Shown: positions 37,376 through 45,500 of the stretch, in pieces
Layout of the letters: each line of letters starts with the position of its first letter
How positions within the stretch are numbered: the stretch's first letter is position 1
Origin: Patescibacteria group bacterium
GTDB lineage: Bacteria > Patescibacteriota > Microgenomatia > CAYGWK01
Direction of reading: 5' to 3'
Length of the DNA: 64,000 bases
NCBI GenBank assembly: GCA_049322615.1
Contig: JBMORX010000009.1
Location: forward strand, 57,120 to 121,119
Notes under the pieces: model-generated
What the model saw: only the letters and a program-made list of their open reading frames with translations
What the model was told of the DNA's origin: nothing
Databases searched by the model: none
Program-made: the position numbers and the translations under genes

Positions 37376-38233
37376 ATGGCAACTTATCATAAATTAATAA
37401 TCGGAAATTGCATGAGCATGGAAGAAATTCCAAATAATAGTGTTCATCTGATGGTAACTTCTCCTCCGTATTTCAATGCCCCCTTTGACTATAAAGGATT
37501 ATTTAAAAGCTATGGACAATACTTGGGGGTATTAAAGAAAGTAGCAAAAGAAATCTATCGTGTACTTCAAGACGGGAGGATTGCTGTTTTAAATATCGAT
37601 GACATGCTTATTAATGGTGAGAAATTTCCAATTGTTGCTGACGCCACGAAAATTTTCCTTGAGGCAGGCTTTAGATATAGGGATAGAATTATTTGGAAAA
37701 AGCCGGATGGATATTTGAGGATTAGTAGACGTAGCGGCGTTATTCTCCAAAATCCATATCCAATGTATTTTTATCCGGATAATCTTTTAGAAAGCATCGT
37801 AATTTTCCAAAAAGGAAAATTTGAGTATAAGTCTACTCCCAGAAATATAAAAGAAGAATCAAAAATAGACGCAAGGGAATTCTCAGACAAGAAATGGTAT
37901 ATGACTCTTTGGGAAATGAACAATGTCCTCCCTGGATCTCAATTAGAAAAAGATATTGCCGCATTCCCGGAAGAACTACCTTACAGAATAATAAAATTAT
38001 TTTCCTATAAAGGAGAGACTGTTTTAGATCCATTTGTGGGTAGTGGCACAACAATGAAAGTTGCTCGCGATTTAGGCAGAAATAGCATTGGCATTGAAAT
38101 TAAAAGATCATTAGTGCCGATTATCAAAGAAAAGCTAGGTTTTGGTGGCGGACAAGCCAGTTTATTAAGTAATAAAGAAGATAAATTTGAAATTCTTTAT
38201 CGCAAACCAGGAAAATATGGTTCTATCCGCTAG
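37376..38233 (+). CDS. N4/N6 DNA methyltransferase (beta class)
   Basis: TSPPY before LDPFVGSGTT. Confidence 0.93.
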   Translation: MATYHKLIIGNCMSMEEIPNNSVHLMVTSPPYFNAPFDYKGLFKSYGQYLGVLKKVAKEIYRVLQDGRIAVLNIDDMLINGEKFPIVADATKIFLEAGFRYRDRIIWKKPDGYLRISRRSGVILQNPYPMYFYPDNLLESIVIFQKGKFEYKSTPRNIKEESKIDAREFSDKKWYMTLWEMNNVLPGSQLEKDIAAFPEELPYRIIKLFSYKGETVLDPFVGSGTTMKVARDLGRNSIGIEIKRSLVPIIKEKLGFGGGQASLLSNKEDKFEILYRKPGKYGSIR

Positions 38234-39260
38234 AATCACAGGTATAAAATATACTCCTCTTTTATGTCGTAAATTAGCTACGTATAGAATTGATAAACTC
38301 GGAGATGCGTTGATTAAAGACGCATCATTCTTTCTAGAAATTAATTGCGAAAAGATAGCAGTAAGTTGGTGGGTATCAGCAAAGAGAACAAGATCATACC
38401 CTTATGCAAGGGTTTATGATACTCTAGGTTTTTCTGGAAAAAAATTGACGATAATCCCCATTGTAAAAGATGAAGGAGTAGAGGGCGATAGAGATTTCCT
38501 TCAATGGGATACTGTTTCTTTAATGAGTTTGTTGGGAATCTACGTAATTGTTGCTTATTATAGGGATGCCTCTCAAAGCACCAGATATAAAAATAAGATA
38601 AGGAAGCAAAAATTTGATTTAGATTATATTAAAAGGCAAATTAAGGCACTTTTATCGTATCAATCTGACCCACTCCATTGGAATCTTTCTCAAATAGATA
38701 AAATTGGGATAATTGGACGAAAGGCATTATATTCCTATTCCAAAATTTCGAGAAAATTGGGTGTCAAAATGCATTCTGTGCCTTCTGCGGAAAAAAGAAT
38801 AGAAGAATTATTAAAAGGAAAAGAAAAATTTATGGTGCTTTCTCGAAACCTAGCGAAGAAAGCTCAGATGAGAGAGAGCACAACAATCCAACCGAAAGAA
38901 AAATTAATAGGGATCAAAGCCATTCTTACTATTAAAAATTATCTTGGGGGAGAGTATTATTTTACTTCTGATGAAGTCGAGATTAACAAAAATAAAATTT
39001 ATCTAATTGAAGCAAAACACACAAGAAAAGGGAATCTTCCGTCATTGGGCGATATAAAAGATGGCTTACTGAAAATGATTTTGTTTACAAATTTAGTGGA
39101 TGTAGAAATGGGTAACAGAAAATATCTATCTATACCGGTTCTTAAACTGACAACTGACAGAAGATTTAATATAGCAAGATTAAGCAGGTCACAAATTGAG
39201 ATAATGGATCTTTTAAAGAAAGAGGCAGAGGTAAATGGCTTTGAGCTTGTTATTGAATAA
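38187..39260 (+). CDS. Putative type II restriction endonuclease
   Basis: Overlaps the MTase; D..IEAK PD-(D/E)xK-like motif. Confidence 0.7.
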   Translation: MKFFIANQENMVLSARITGIKYTPLLCRKLATYRIDKLGDALIKDASFFLEINCEKIAVSWWVSAKRTRSYPYARVYDTLGFSGKKLTIIPIVKDEGVEGDRDFLQWDTVSLMSLLGIYVIVAYYRDASQSTRYKNKIRKQKFDLDYIKRQIKALLSYQSDPLHWNLSQIDKIGIIGRKALYSYSKISRKLGVKMHSVPSAEKRIEELLKGKEKFMVLSRNLAKKAQMRESTTIQPKEKLIGIKAILTIKNYLGGEYYFTSDEVEINKNKIYLIEAKHTRKGNLPSLGDIKDGLLKMILFTNLVDVEMGNRKYLSIPVLKLTTDRRFNIARLSRSQIEIMDLLKKEAEVNGFELVIE

Positions 39261-39302
39261 ACTAACTCACCAAATTTTACCCAGAAATTGAGAAAAAGTT
39301 AA

Positions 39303-39674
39303 TTGGATATGTTTAAACAAATAATTAAAATTTTTTTTGTACATCTTAAAATTTGGCTGCATTCATGGCTATTTTTTGTCAAGGAATTTCTTAAATTCAT
39401 AGTTAACTTGCCTGAATATTTTGGCAAAGTCTTTGAAGGTTTTAATGTATTTGCTGAATCTTACAGGGGGCTTGTGGAAGGGCTCAAAAGTTACCAAAAA
39501 ACTTGGCATAATGCAAAAACCGTAAATGCAGAAGATGTTAAATATTTTATTAATGAAACAATAAGGTTGAAAAAGGAGCAGGAAAAGATGTTTTCTGGCC
39601 TGTCTACTATTTTTATCGCCATTCTCGCGTTGGTGATATCTATACTGGCCATTGTTTTAAAATTGAAACAATGA
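39303..39674 (+). CDS. Hypothetical membrane protein
   Basis: C-terminal TM; AT-rich. Confidence 0.6.
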   Translation: MDMFKQIIKIFFVHLKIWLHSWLFFVKEFLKFIVNLPEYFGKVFEGFNVFAESYRGLVEGLKSYQKTWHNAKTVNAEDVKYFINETIRLKKEQEKMFSGLSTIFIAILALVISILAIVLKLKQ

Positions 39675-39699
39675 GATTTTCGCGATACATTAAGAGAAA

Positions 39700-40107
39700 T
39701 TGAAATTGTGGAAAAAAGTTGACCAGAGAACAAAAAGAGATTTGAGAAAAGTAAAAATGACTATTAAAAAAAGAAATATATGTTCTGTTTGTGCAAGAGA
39801 GAAGTCATCGAGTTATTGTGATTTTTGTAAAAAGGAAACTCCAACTAATTTAAGTATAGAATTATTTGATAAAGTTAAACTAAGAGGATCTTTACAGTTA
39901 AAATTCAAGGAACTAGGAAAGGGTGTTATATCGATAATTAGAAGTGGTTGGAAATCGAGTGGCAATCCAAAAATAACAGAAGGTGTTTATGAAGACAGAA
40001 TTATAGATAGAAGAAAAAAGGAATATCACCAGGTTGTTAAAGACGCAAAAACTGGAAAGGTTCTTCACGAAGAACATGAGCCACTAAACATACATAAAGG
40101 AAAATAA
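39700..40107 (+). CDS. Hypothetical Zn-ribbon protein
   Basis: CSVC...CDFC; true start probably downstream of 39700. Confidence 0.6.
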   Translation: MKLWKKVDQRTKRDLRKVKMTIKKRNICSVCAREKSSSYCDFCKKETPTNLSIELFDKVKLRGSLQLKFKELGKGVISIIRSGWKSSGNPKITEGVYEDRIIDRRKKEYHQVVKDAKTGKVLHEEHEPLNIHKGK

Positions 40108-40133
40108 ACTATGGCAAGATATAAAATAAAAAT

Positions 40134-40259
40134 ATGACGATAGGACATTTCGAAAAGGGAGAAAACAGGGATGAGAAGGTTGATAAACAAATCGACCAGC
40201 TAGTTTACAAACTCTACAATCTCACGCTGGAAGAAATTAAAATTGTGGATGGAGAATAA
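40134..40259 (+). pseudogene. C-terminal remnant of a type IIG/Eco57I-like RM enzyme
   Basis: Translation ends ..DKQIDQLVYKLYNLTLEEIKIVDGE*. Confidence 0.7.
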
Positions 40260-40994
40260 ATGCGCTTTATAGTTAATATCGTTAGTCAAATTCCTAATAA
40301 TTGGCTTCTGGGTACTCTTTTCTTTATTCTATTTTTACTGTTCATTAACAATTCAAGATTGAGAAATATTCTTTTTGGACTCATCAGTTTCGTTACAATT
40401 CCAATGACGATAAGTTTTACTGCCTTTGTTTTATTGATAATGCGGTTAATTTTCCCTTATGTTCTAACTGTAGATTACATCTCTATAGCCCTTTTGGGTT
40501 TAATGATTTTAATTTACTATTTTCCATATATAACTAGAATTAAAACTGGAAATATAGAGATAGAGCTTCAACGCGCGAGTGCAGCTGCTGAAGAGATAAA
40601 AAAAGAAATACCCAAAGATGAAGAGAAGAAAATAGCAGGACGGCTTATGGGTGATGTCAAGTCCGATTTCCTAGAATTGTCTTTTACATTGGAAAACAGC
40701 CTTAGAGAACTTGTAGGAAAATACATCAATCCCGACGTATGGTCTAAGCCTTTTTCTCTTACAAGATTAGCTCAAATCTTACTAGATACTAAGTTTATAG
40801 ATATTCAAGCAATGGAGCTTTTTAAAATTATTTCTTCTGTGAGAAATCAATTAGTGCATGGATATTATATTGACGAAACTACACTTAGTCACTTTGTAAA
40901 TCTGGCAATTACCGCATGGAGTTATGTTGAGTACTTAAGAATCGAGATAGAGAGACAACAGCAGTTGCCACTCGAAGAGAAAGGCGGTGAGTAA
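40260..40994 (+). CDS. Membrane protein with C-terminal HEPN-like domain
   Basis: 3 TM helices, RNQLVH (Rx4H). Confidence 0.6.
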   Translation: MRFIVNIVSQIPNNWLLGTLFFILFLLFINNSRLRNILFGLISFVTIPMTISFTAFVLLIMRLIFPYVLTVDYISIALLGLMILIYYFPYITRIKTGNIEIELQRASAAAEEIKKEIPKDEEKKIAGRLMGDVKSDFLELSFTLENSLRELVGKYINPDVWSKPFSLTRLAQILLDTKFIDIQAMELFKIISSVRNQLVHGYYIDETTLSHFVNLAITAWSYVEYLRIEIERQQQLPLEEKGGE

Positions 40995-40996
40995 AA

Positions 40997-41518
40997 ATGG
41001 CGAAAAAAGATTCTAAAAAAATAGACAAGGATATTGAAGATAAGAGAATAAAGTTATCGTTAGCTTTGCTGGCCCTATATGCCGCAGTCATTTTTAGTTT
41101 ACCAACAGTTGATGACAATTGGTTTCTGGAACTTTTAGAAACTATGAGTTATGTAGGTTTTTACCTCTCTTTTTTGTTTTTCTTTTTATATATCATGTTT
41201 ATGGCTGCGAAATATCAGCTTGAGAACAAAAGGTGGTTTTTTGTTTTAATAGATTTAGTTTATCCAGTAGACGAGGGGAGGATAAATAAACTTTACATTT
41301 ATGGGGTCAGTTTTGTTTTTCACGGAGTGTTTTATGGGATGTTTCTTTTTGCAATAAATAAGATTTCGGGGTTTTTAAAACCCTTGTGTGTTTGGAATAA
41401 ATTTATATGTATTCCGCTTTATGTAATTGCTTTTTTGATTGTCTACTATTTTATGTTAGAAATTTTGCCTAAAAAATTTTCAAAGAGTAACAAAAAACAA
41501 GAAAGAAAGACTAGTTGA
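40997..41518 (+). CDS. Hypothetical multi-TM protein
   Basis: 4 hydrophobic segments. Confidence 0.65.
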   Translation: MAKKDSKKIDKDIEDKRIKLSLALLALYAAVIFSLPTVDDNWFLELLETMSYVGFYLSFLFFFLYIMFMAAKYQLENKRWFFVLIDLVYPVDEGRINKLYIYGVSFVFHGVFYGMFLFAINKISGFLKPLCVWNKFICIPLYVIAFLIVYYFMLEILPKKFSKSNKKQERKTS

Positions 41519-41550
41519 GAGCGAAAAATTCTTCTTAAAATCTGTTTTTC

Positions 41551-41720
41551 CACCTCGGGGGTGGGACAGCCGATGAACCAGATTTAATCGGTTCATGGCC
41601 CTAAATTGAAGTTTCTTCTAGTTTATGGGGCCCGCCCGGCTGGCATCTCCTAAATCCGTTTATCTTAATCAAAATGCCCTTCGAGTAAGTTCGTGTATCA
41701 TATATTAATATATGATACAT
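41551..41720. repeat. Direct-repeat unit 1 flanking DUF3800 (CCACCTCGGGGGTGG ... 26-bp palindrome)
   Basis: Shares motifs with 42813..42937. Confidence 0.7.
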
Positions 41721-41795
41721 TACGCTAATCAAACATTCTCAAATTCTTAAGAATTTGAAAGAACTACACCCAGGAAAATAATAATTAAGTAAAAT

Positions 41796-42554
41796 TTGGT
41801 AAAATGGAGATTACCAATGAAAGTAATGTTTTTGGACGAGTCGGGCGATCATGATTTAGAAAAGATTGATAAATCTTATCCCATTTTTTGCCTTGCTGGA
41901 TGTATTGTAGATTTTAATTATTATGCGCAAATTTTTGAAAAAAGAGTTGATGAACTCAAAGTTAAGCACTTTGGTACAAGAGAAATAATTCTAAGATCGT
42001 ATGATATTCGAAAACAAAAGGGAGAATTTTCTGTTTTGGTTGATAAGAAAAAAAGAGAAACTTTTTACAAAGATTTAGATTGTTTAGTTGAAAGCCTCGA
42101 ATTTACTGTCATTGCTTCTGTTATCAACAAATCAAAGTTAAAAAAACAGTATTCAAAACCGAGTGATCCTTATGAATTGTGTTTTCAATTTATAATGGAG
42201 CGGTTTTGTATGTTTTTGGGAGAAAAAAGGGATGTTGGAATTTTCCGTATGGAATCACGTCAACCTCACAATGACAAAATTTTAGCGGATGATTATGAAT
42301 ACTTTCGCCAACATGGGGATGGACGATTTATAAAATCAGAAGAGGTGAGGAGGAAGCTCGTTGATCTTTCATTTAATCAAAAATCTCAAAACATTGCTGG
42401 GCATCAAATTGCTGATCTAGTTGCATATCCAATTGGAAGTTATATTTTAAAACCAACAAAGGAAAATATCGCTTTTAGTATTATTGAAAAGAAGTTTCAT
42501 AGGAAAAGAGGAACAGATCAATACCTAAATTACGGATTGAAGGTTTTTCCGTAA
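41796..42554 (+). CDS. DUF3800 family protein
   Basis: FLDESG N-terminus, QIADLVA, GLKVFP. Confidence 0.88.
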   Translation: MVKWRLPMKVMFLDESGDHDLEKIDKSYPIFCLAGCIVDFNYYAQIFEKRVDELKVKHFGTREIILRSYDIRKQKGEFSVLVDKKKRETFYKDLDCLVESLEFTVIASVINKSKLKKQYSKPSDPYELCFQFIMERFCMFLGEKRDVGIFRMESRQPHNDKILADDYEYFRQHGDGRFIKSEEVRRKLVDLSFNQKSQNIAGHQIADLVAYPIGSYILKPTKENIAFSIIEKKFHRKRGTDQYLNYGLKVFP

Positions 42555-42812
42555 CAAATCAAGATGGGGGCCCAGGAAAGCCCTAGTCCCCCAAACTTAT
42601 CTATATTTAATATTTAATCATTTTTATACATCTTTGTCAAGTCTTTATTTATGTTTTTCCACCTCGGGGTGGGACAGACTCGCCACCCTGGGATTTGAGA
42701 ACTTAAAATCTCCTACCCTGCTTAATTTTACTTACTTTGCCTCCAAAACTATACTTGCCGAGTTCCAGATACGAATACACTAGTATACTAGTGTATTGAT
42801 ATGTAGGCTTTC

Positions 42813-42937
42813 CACCTCGGGGGTGGAACAGCCCCGCCTCGCCCCCTTTCTTAAACCCACCTATCTTAATCGAAGCTTGTCTTACTCTAAATCTCTCGCA
42901 AACGAATTCGTATATCATATATTAATATATGATATAT
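42813..42937. repeat. Direct-repeat unit 2 flanking DUF3800
   Basis: ccacctcgggggtgg, tatcttaatc, tatatcatatattaatatatgatata. Confidence 0.7.
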
Positions 42938-43061
42938 TGCTTGTTTAAATGATTTAAATCATTTAAACAAATTAAAAAACTTAAAATCTCGTTTAGAGAA
43001 ACCAACACCGGGTGTTGACTAGTTCAATAATTTGTTATAATTAGCCCTCTGCCCTTTAAGG

Positions 43062-43388
43062 ATGACGAAAGAGAAATTATTTGAAGAAATCCTTAAACTA
43101 CCGACTATAGAGGTTGGTACAGTGGCTAATGACGACCAAATAATTGAAGGTAATCAGGGAAGAATCCACTATAAATTGACAAAAGAAATAATTCCATCTT
43201 TAGGGGGATTGACTCTTTTTGCCCTCTCAACTTCTGGACCCGTAAAAGGAAGACTTAAATTTATTCAAGAAGTTGCTAGTGAGTTTGGTAAGCCACTTTA
43301 TATCGGAGAATTTCCAAGACTTCCTGGTATCCATTTTGCCTTTTGGGAAGCTGATTCAGTTGAGAAAAGATTAAGAACAAGAATATAA
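43062..43388 (+). CDS. Hypothetical protein
   Basis: TTGACT/TATAAT promoter upstream. Confidence 0.65.
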   Translation: MTKEKLFEEILKLPTIEVGTVANDDQIIEGNQGRIHYKLTKEIIPSLGGLTLFALSTSGPVKGRLKFIQEVASEFGKPLYIGEFPRLPGIHFAFWEADSVEKRLRTRI

Positions 43389-43442
43389 CTTCTTCTGACT
43401 TTGATTAGCTCAAGAGATTTTGTTATAATAGACTTCAAATTT

Positions 43443-43538
43443 GCCGAGGTGGCGGAATCCCGAAAGAGCACTTCCTTGCTCCCGAGGTCTACGTCCTCGC
43501 GTCGCAAGAGCGTGTCTACGGGACAAGCTGGTAAACGC
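43443..43538 (+). pseudogene. tRNA-Leu-like 5' fragment with ~70-bp structured insert in the D-loop
   Basis: GCCGAGGTGGCGGAAT[...]TGGTAAACGC abutting the next tRNA. Confidence 0.7.
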
Positions 43539-43621
43539 GCCCAGGTGCTGGAATGGTAGACAGGCTAGCTTCAGGAGCTAGTGTTCGCAAGAACGTGGGA
43601 GTTCGAGTCTCCCTCTGGGCA
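43539..43621 (+). tRNA. tRNA-Leu(CAG)
   Basis: CTAGC-TTCAGGA-GCTAG. Confidence 0.93.
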
Positions 43622-43661
43622 CCGCGTCAAACGCGGTAGGCCCGTTTGACGGGCCACCCAA

Positions 43662-43747
43662 GCGGACGTGGCGGAATTGGCATACGCACAGGCTTGAGGA
43701 GCCTGGGTCGCAAGACCGTGGAGGTTCGAGTCCTCTCGTCCGCACCA
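43662..43747 (+). tRNA. tRNA-Leu(GAG)
   Basis: CAGGC-TTGAGGA-GCCTG; encoded CCA. Confidence 0.94.
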
Positions 43748-43751
43748 AAAG

Positions 43752-43826
43752 GGGCGGTTAGCTCAGCCGGTTTAGAGCGTCTCTCTTACACAGAGGAGGT
43801 CCGAGGTTCGAGTCCTCGATCGCCCA
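43752..43826 (+). tRNA. tRNA-Val(TAC)
   Basis: TCTCT-CTTACAC-AGAGG. Confidence 0.93.
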
Positions 43827-43831
43827 CAAGA

Positions 43832-43904
43832 GCCGGAGTAGCCAAGGTGGTCACGGCGCGTCTCTGAAAAAGATGAGATACAGGTTCGACTCCTGTCTCC
43901 GGCA
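43832..43904 (+). tRNA. tRNA-Phe(GAA)
   Basis: CGTCT-CTGAAAA-AGATG. Confidence 0.92.
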
Positions 43905-44057
43905 CCCTTCGCTACGCTCAGGGTAAACAAACAAGAATCTTATAGCAGGTTAAAAATTTAAAAAGTGCCAAGACCGCTTGCTTTTTCTTTCACCGGTTTG
44001 GCACAATCAATTTAGGGAAAATCGTTGGGAAGAAACCGTTAGGTTTCGTCCCATTCC

Positions 44058-44218
44058 GCGGGAGTAGTTCAGTAGTAGAATAGCCCCGCACCAATGCGGC
44101 AGTAGTTCAGCGGTAGAATGTCTCCTTGCCAAGGAGAAGGTCGCCGGTTCGAGTCCGGTCTGCCGCTCCAGAATATGGTGCGGGGAGGTCGCGGGTGCGA
44201 ATCCCGTCTCCCGCTCCA
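44058..44218 (+). pseudogene. Outer tRNA-Gly shell whose anticodon arm is replaced by an IR-bounded insert
   Basis: GCGGGAG..CTCCCGC-T-CCA acceptor; IR CCCCGCACCA(44084-93)/TGGTGCGGGG(44176-85). Confidence 0.85.
44096..44170 (+). tRNA. tRNA-Gly(GCC), nested
   Basis: TCTCC-TTGCCAA-GGAGA; CCA. Confidence 0.93.
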
Positions 44219-44242
44219 GCCGGGATGGCGGAATTGGTAGAC
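44219..44242 (+). pseudogene. tRNA-Leu-like 5' fragment upstream of the HNH gene
   Basis: GCCGGGATGGCGGAATTGGTAGAC. Confidence 0.75.
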
Positions 44243-44290
44243 TTAAAGTATATGCTTTACAATTGGTTTGCCAAATAGTAAACTAGGGTT

Positions 44291-44767
44291 ATGAGGCAAA
44301 GAAGGTGGACAGAGGAACAGTTAAGAAAGTTTGCAAAAGAAGTTCGAAGCATAAGGCAATTACTTTCTAAATTGGGTTTAGTTGAAGCAGGTGGAAACTA
44401 TGCCCAAATTAAAAAATATTTGCACTTTTACAAAATCGACATTTCTCATTTTAAAGGTCGCGGATGGAATAGGGGATTACATGGGATTGGAAAACCACTT
44501 CTTCCTTTAGAGAAAATTTTGGTTAAGGATAGCCCATTCCAGAGTTATAAACTTAAAAAGCGTTTATTTGCCGCAGGTCTTAAACCACAAAGTTGTGAAA
44601 TGTGCGGTTGGGCAAAAAGAACAAGTGATGGCCGTTTACCTTTAGAGCTTGACCATATAAATGGCAAAAGTAGAGATAATCGTTTAGAAAATTTACGAAT
44701 TCTTTGCCCTAATTGCCACAGCTTGCAACCAACACACCGAGGAAGAAATAGAAAACAATTGGGCTAG
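44291..44767 (+). CDS. HNH homing endonuclease; stop codon lies inside tRNA-Leu
   Basis: CEMCG, LELDHING..DNRLENLRILCPNCH. Confidence 0.92.
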   Translation: MRQRRWTEEQLRKFAKEVRSIRQLLSKLGLVEAGGNYAQIKKYLHFYKIDISHFKGRGWNRGLHGIGKPLLPLEKILVKDSPFQSYKLKKRLFAAGLKPQSCEMCGWAKRTSDGRLPLELDHINGKSRDNRLENLRILCPNCHSLQPTHRGRNRKQLG

Positions 44768-44851
44768 TGGCGGAATCGGTATACGCGCAACACTTAAAAT
44801 GTTGTGGGTGTAAAATCACCCATGAGGGTTCGAGTCCCTCCTGGCCCACCA
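44761..44851 (+). tRNA. tRNA-Leu(TAA)
   Basis: CAACA-CTTAAAA-TGTTG; CCA. Confidence 0.93.
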
Positions 44852-44852
44852 T

Positions 44853-44927
44853 CGGGGAGTAGCTCAGTTGGTTTAGAGTGCGCGCTTTGGGAGCGTGAGG
44901 CCGGCGGTTCGAATCCGCCCTCCCCGA
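44853..44927 (+). tRNA. tRNA-Pro(TGG)
   Basis: CGCGC-TTTGGGA-GCGTG. Confidence 0.93.
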
Positions 44928-44993
44928 CCCTTCGGCTTCGCCTCAGGGCAAGCTGAAAAATGTTTACACCGAACCCGCTAAGGCGGGTGAGGT

Positions 44994-45206
44994 GCGGGTG
45001 TAGTTCAGTTAGTAGAACGTCTCCCTTCCAGCCCGAAAAATCGCCTTCGGTGATTAACGGGCTAGGCACGTTAATTTGTGCGGGAGTAGCTCAGTTGGGA
45101 GAGCGTCTCCCTTCCAAGGAGAAGGTCGCGAGTTCAAATCTCGTCTCCCGCTCACAAATTTTACGTGCCAAGGAGAAGGTCGTGGGAGCAAGGCCCATCA
45201 CCCGCT
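44994..45206 (+). tRNA. Outer tRNA-Gly(TCC) interrupted at ~37/38 by a 140-nt insert
   Basis: 5' part 44994-45030 ends TCTCC-CTTCCA; 3' part 45171-45206 starts A-GGAGA; acceptor GCGGGTG/CACCCGC. Confidence 0.75.
45080..45152 (+). tRNA. tRNA-Gly(TCC), nested
   Basis: TCTCC-CTTCCAA-GGAGA; flanked by IR GGCACGTTAATTTGTG/CACAAATTTTACGTGCC. Confidence 0.92.
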
Positions 45207-45233
45207 CAAGTTTACTCCGAACGAATGTGAGGA

Positions 45234-45333
45234 GCCCCTGTAGCTCAATGGATAAGCTGGCTTTTCAAGCCATCTTAATCCGCAAGGCGGATTAAGCGAG
45301 CTTGACCATTTCGCACAGTGGCTCGCGATGCTC
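45234..45333 (+). pseudogene. Duplicated 21-bp 5' end of tRNA-Arg plus hairpin insert
   Basis: GCCCCTGTAGCTCAATGGATA repeated at 45234 and 45334. Confidence 0.8.
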
Positions 45334-45406
45334 GCCCCTGTAGCTCAATGGATAGAGCGGGTCGGTTCTAACGACTAGGTTGGGGGTTCGACTCCCTCCA
45401 GGGGCA
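45334..45406 (+). tRNA. tRNA-Arg(TCT)
   Basis: GGTCG-GTTCTAA-CGACT. Confidence 0.9.
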
Positions 45407-45422
45407 CCCTTCGATAAACCAT

Positions 45423-45498
45423 GGTGGTGTTAGCTCAAAGGTAGAGCGTCGGCCTGTGGAGCCGAATGTTGCGGGTTCGAATCCCGTACACCACCCCA
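45423..45498 (+). tRNA. tRNA-His(GTG)
   Basis: G-1:C73, TCGGC-CTGTGGA-GCCGA, CCA. Confidence 0.93.
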
Positions 45499-45500
45499 AG

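Noticed and set aside
45031-45170. tRNA inserts as group I introns
   Set aside because: Too short, and occupied by a tRNA and simple hairpins; no recognisable ribozyme core
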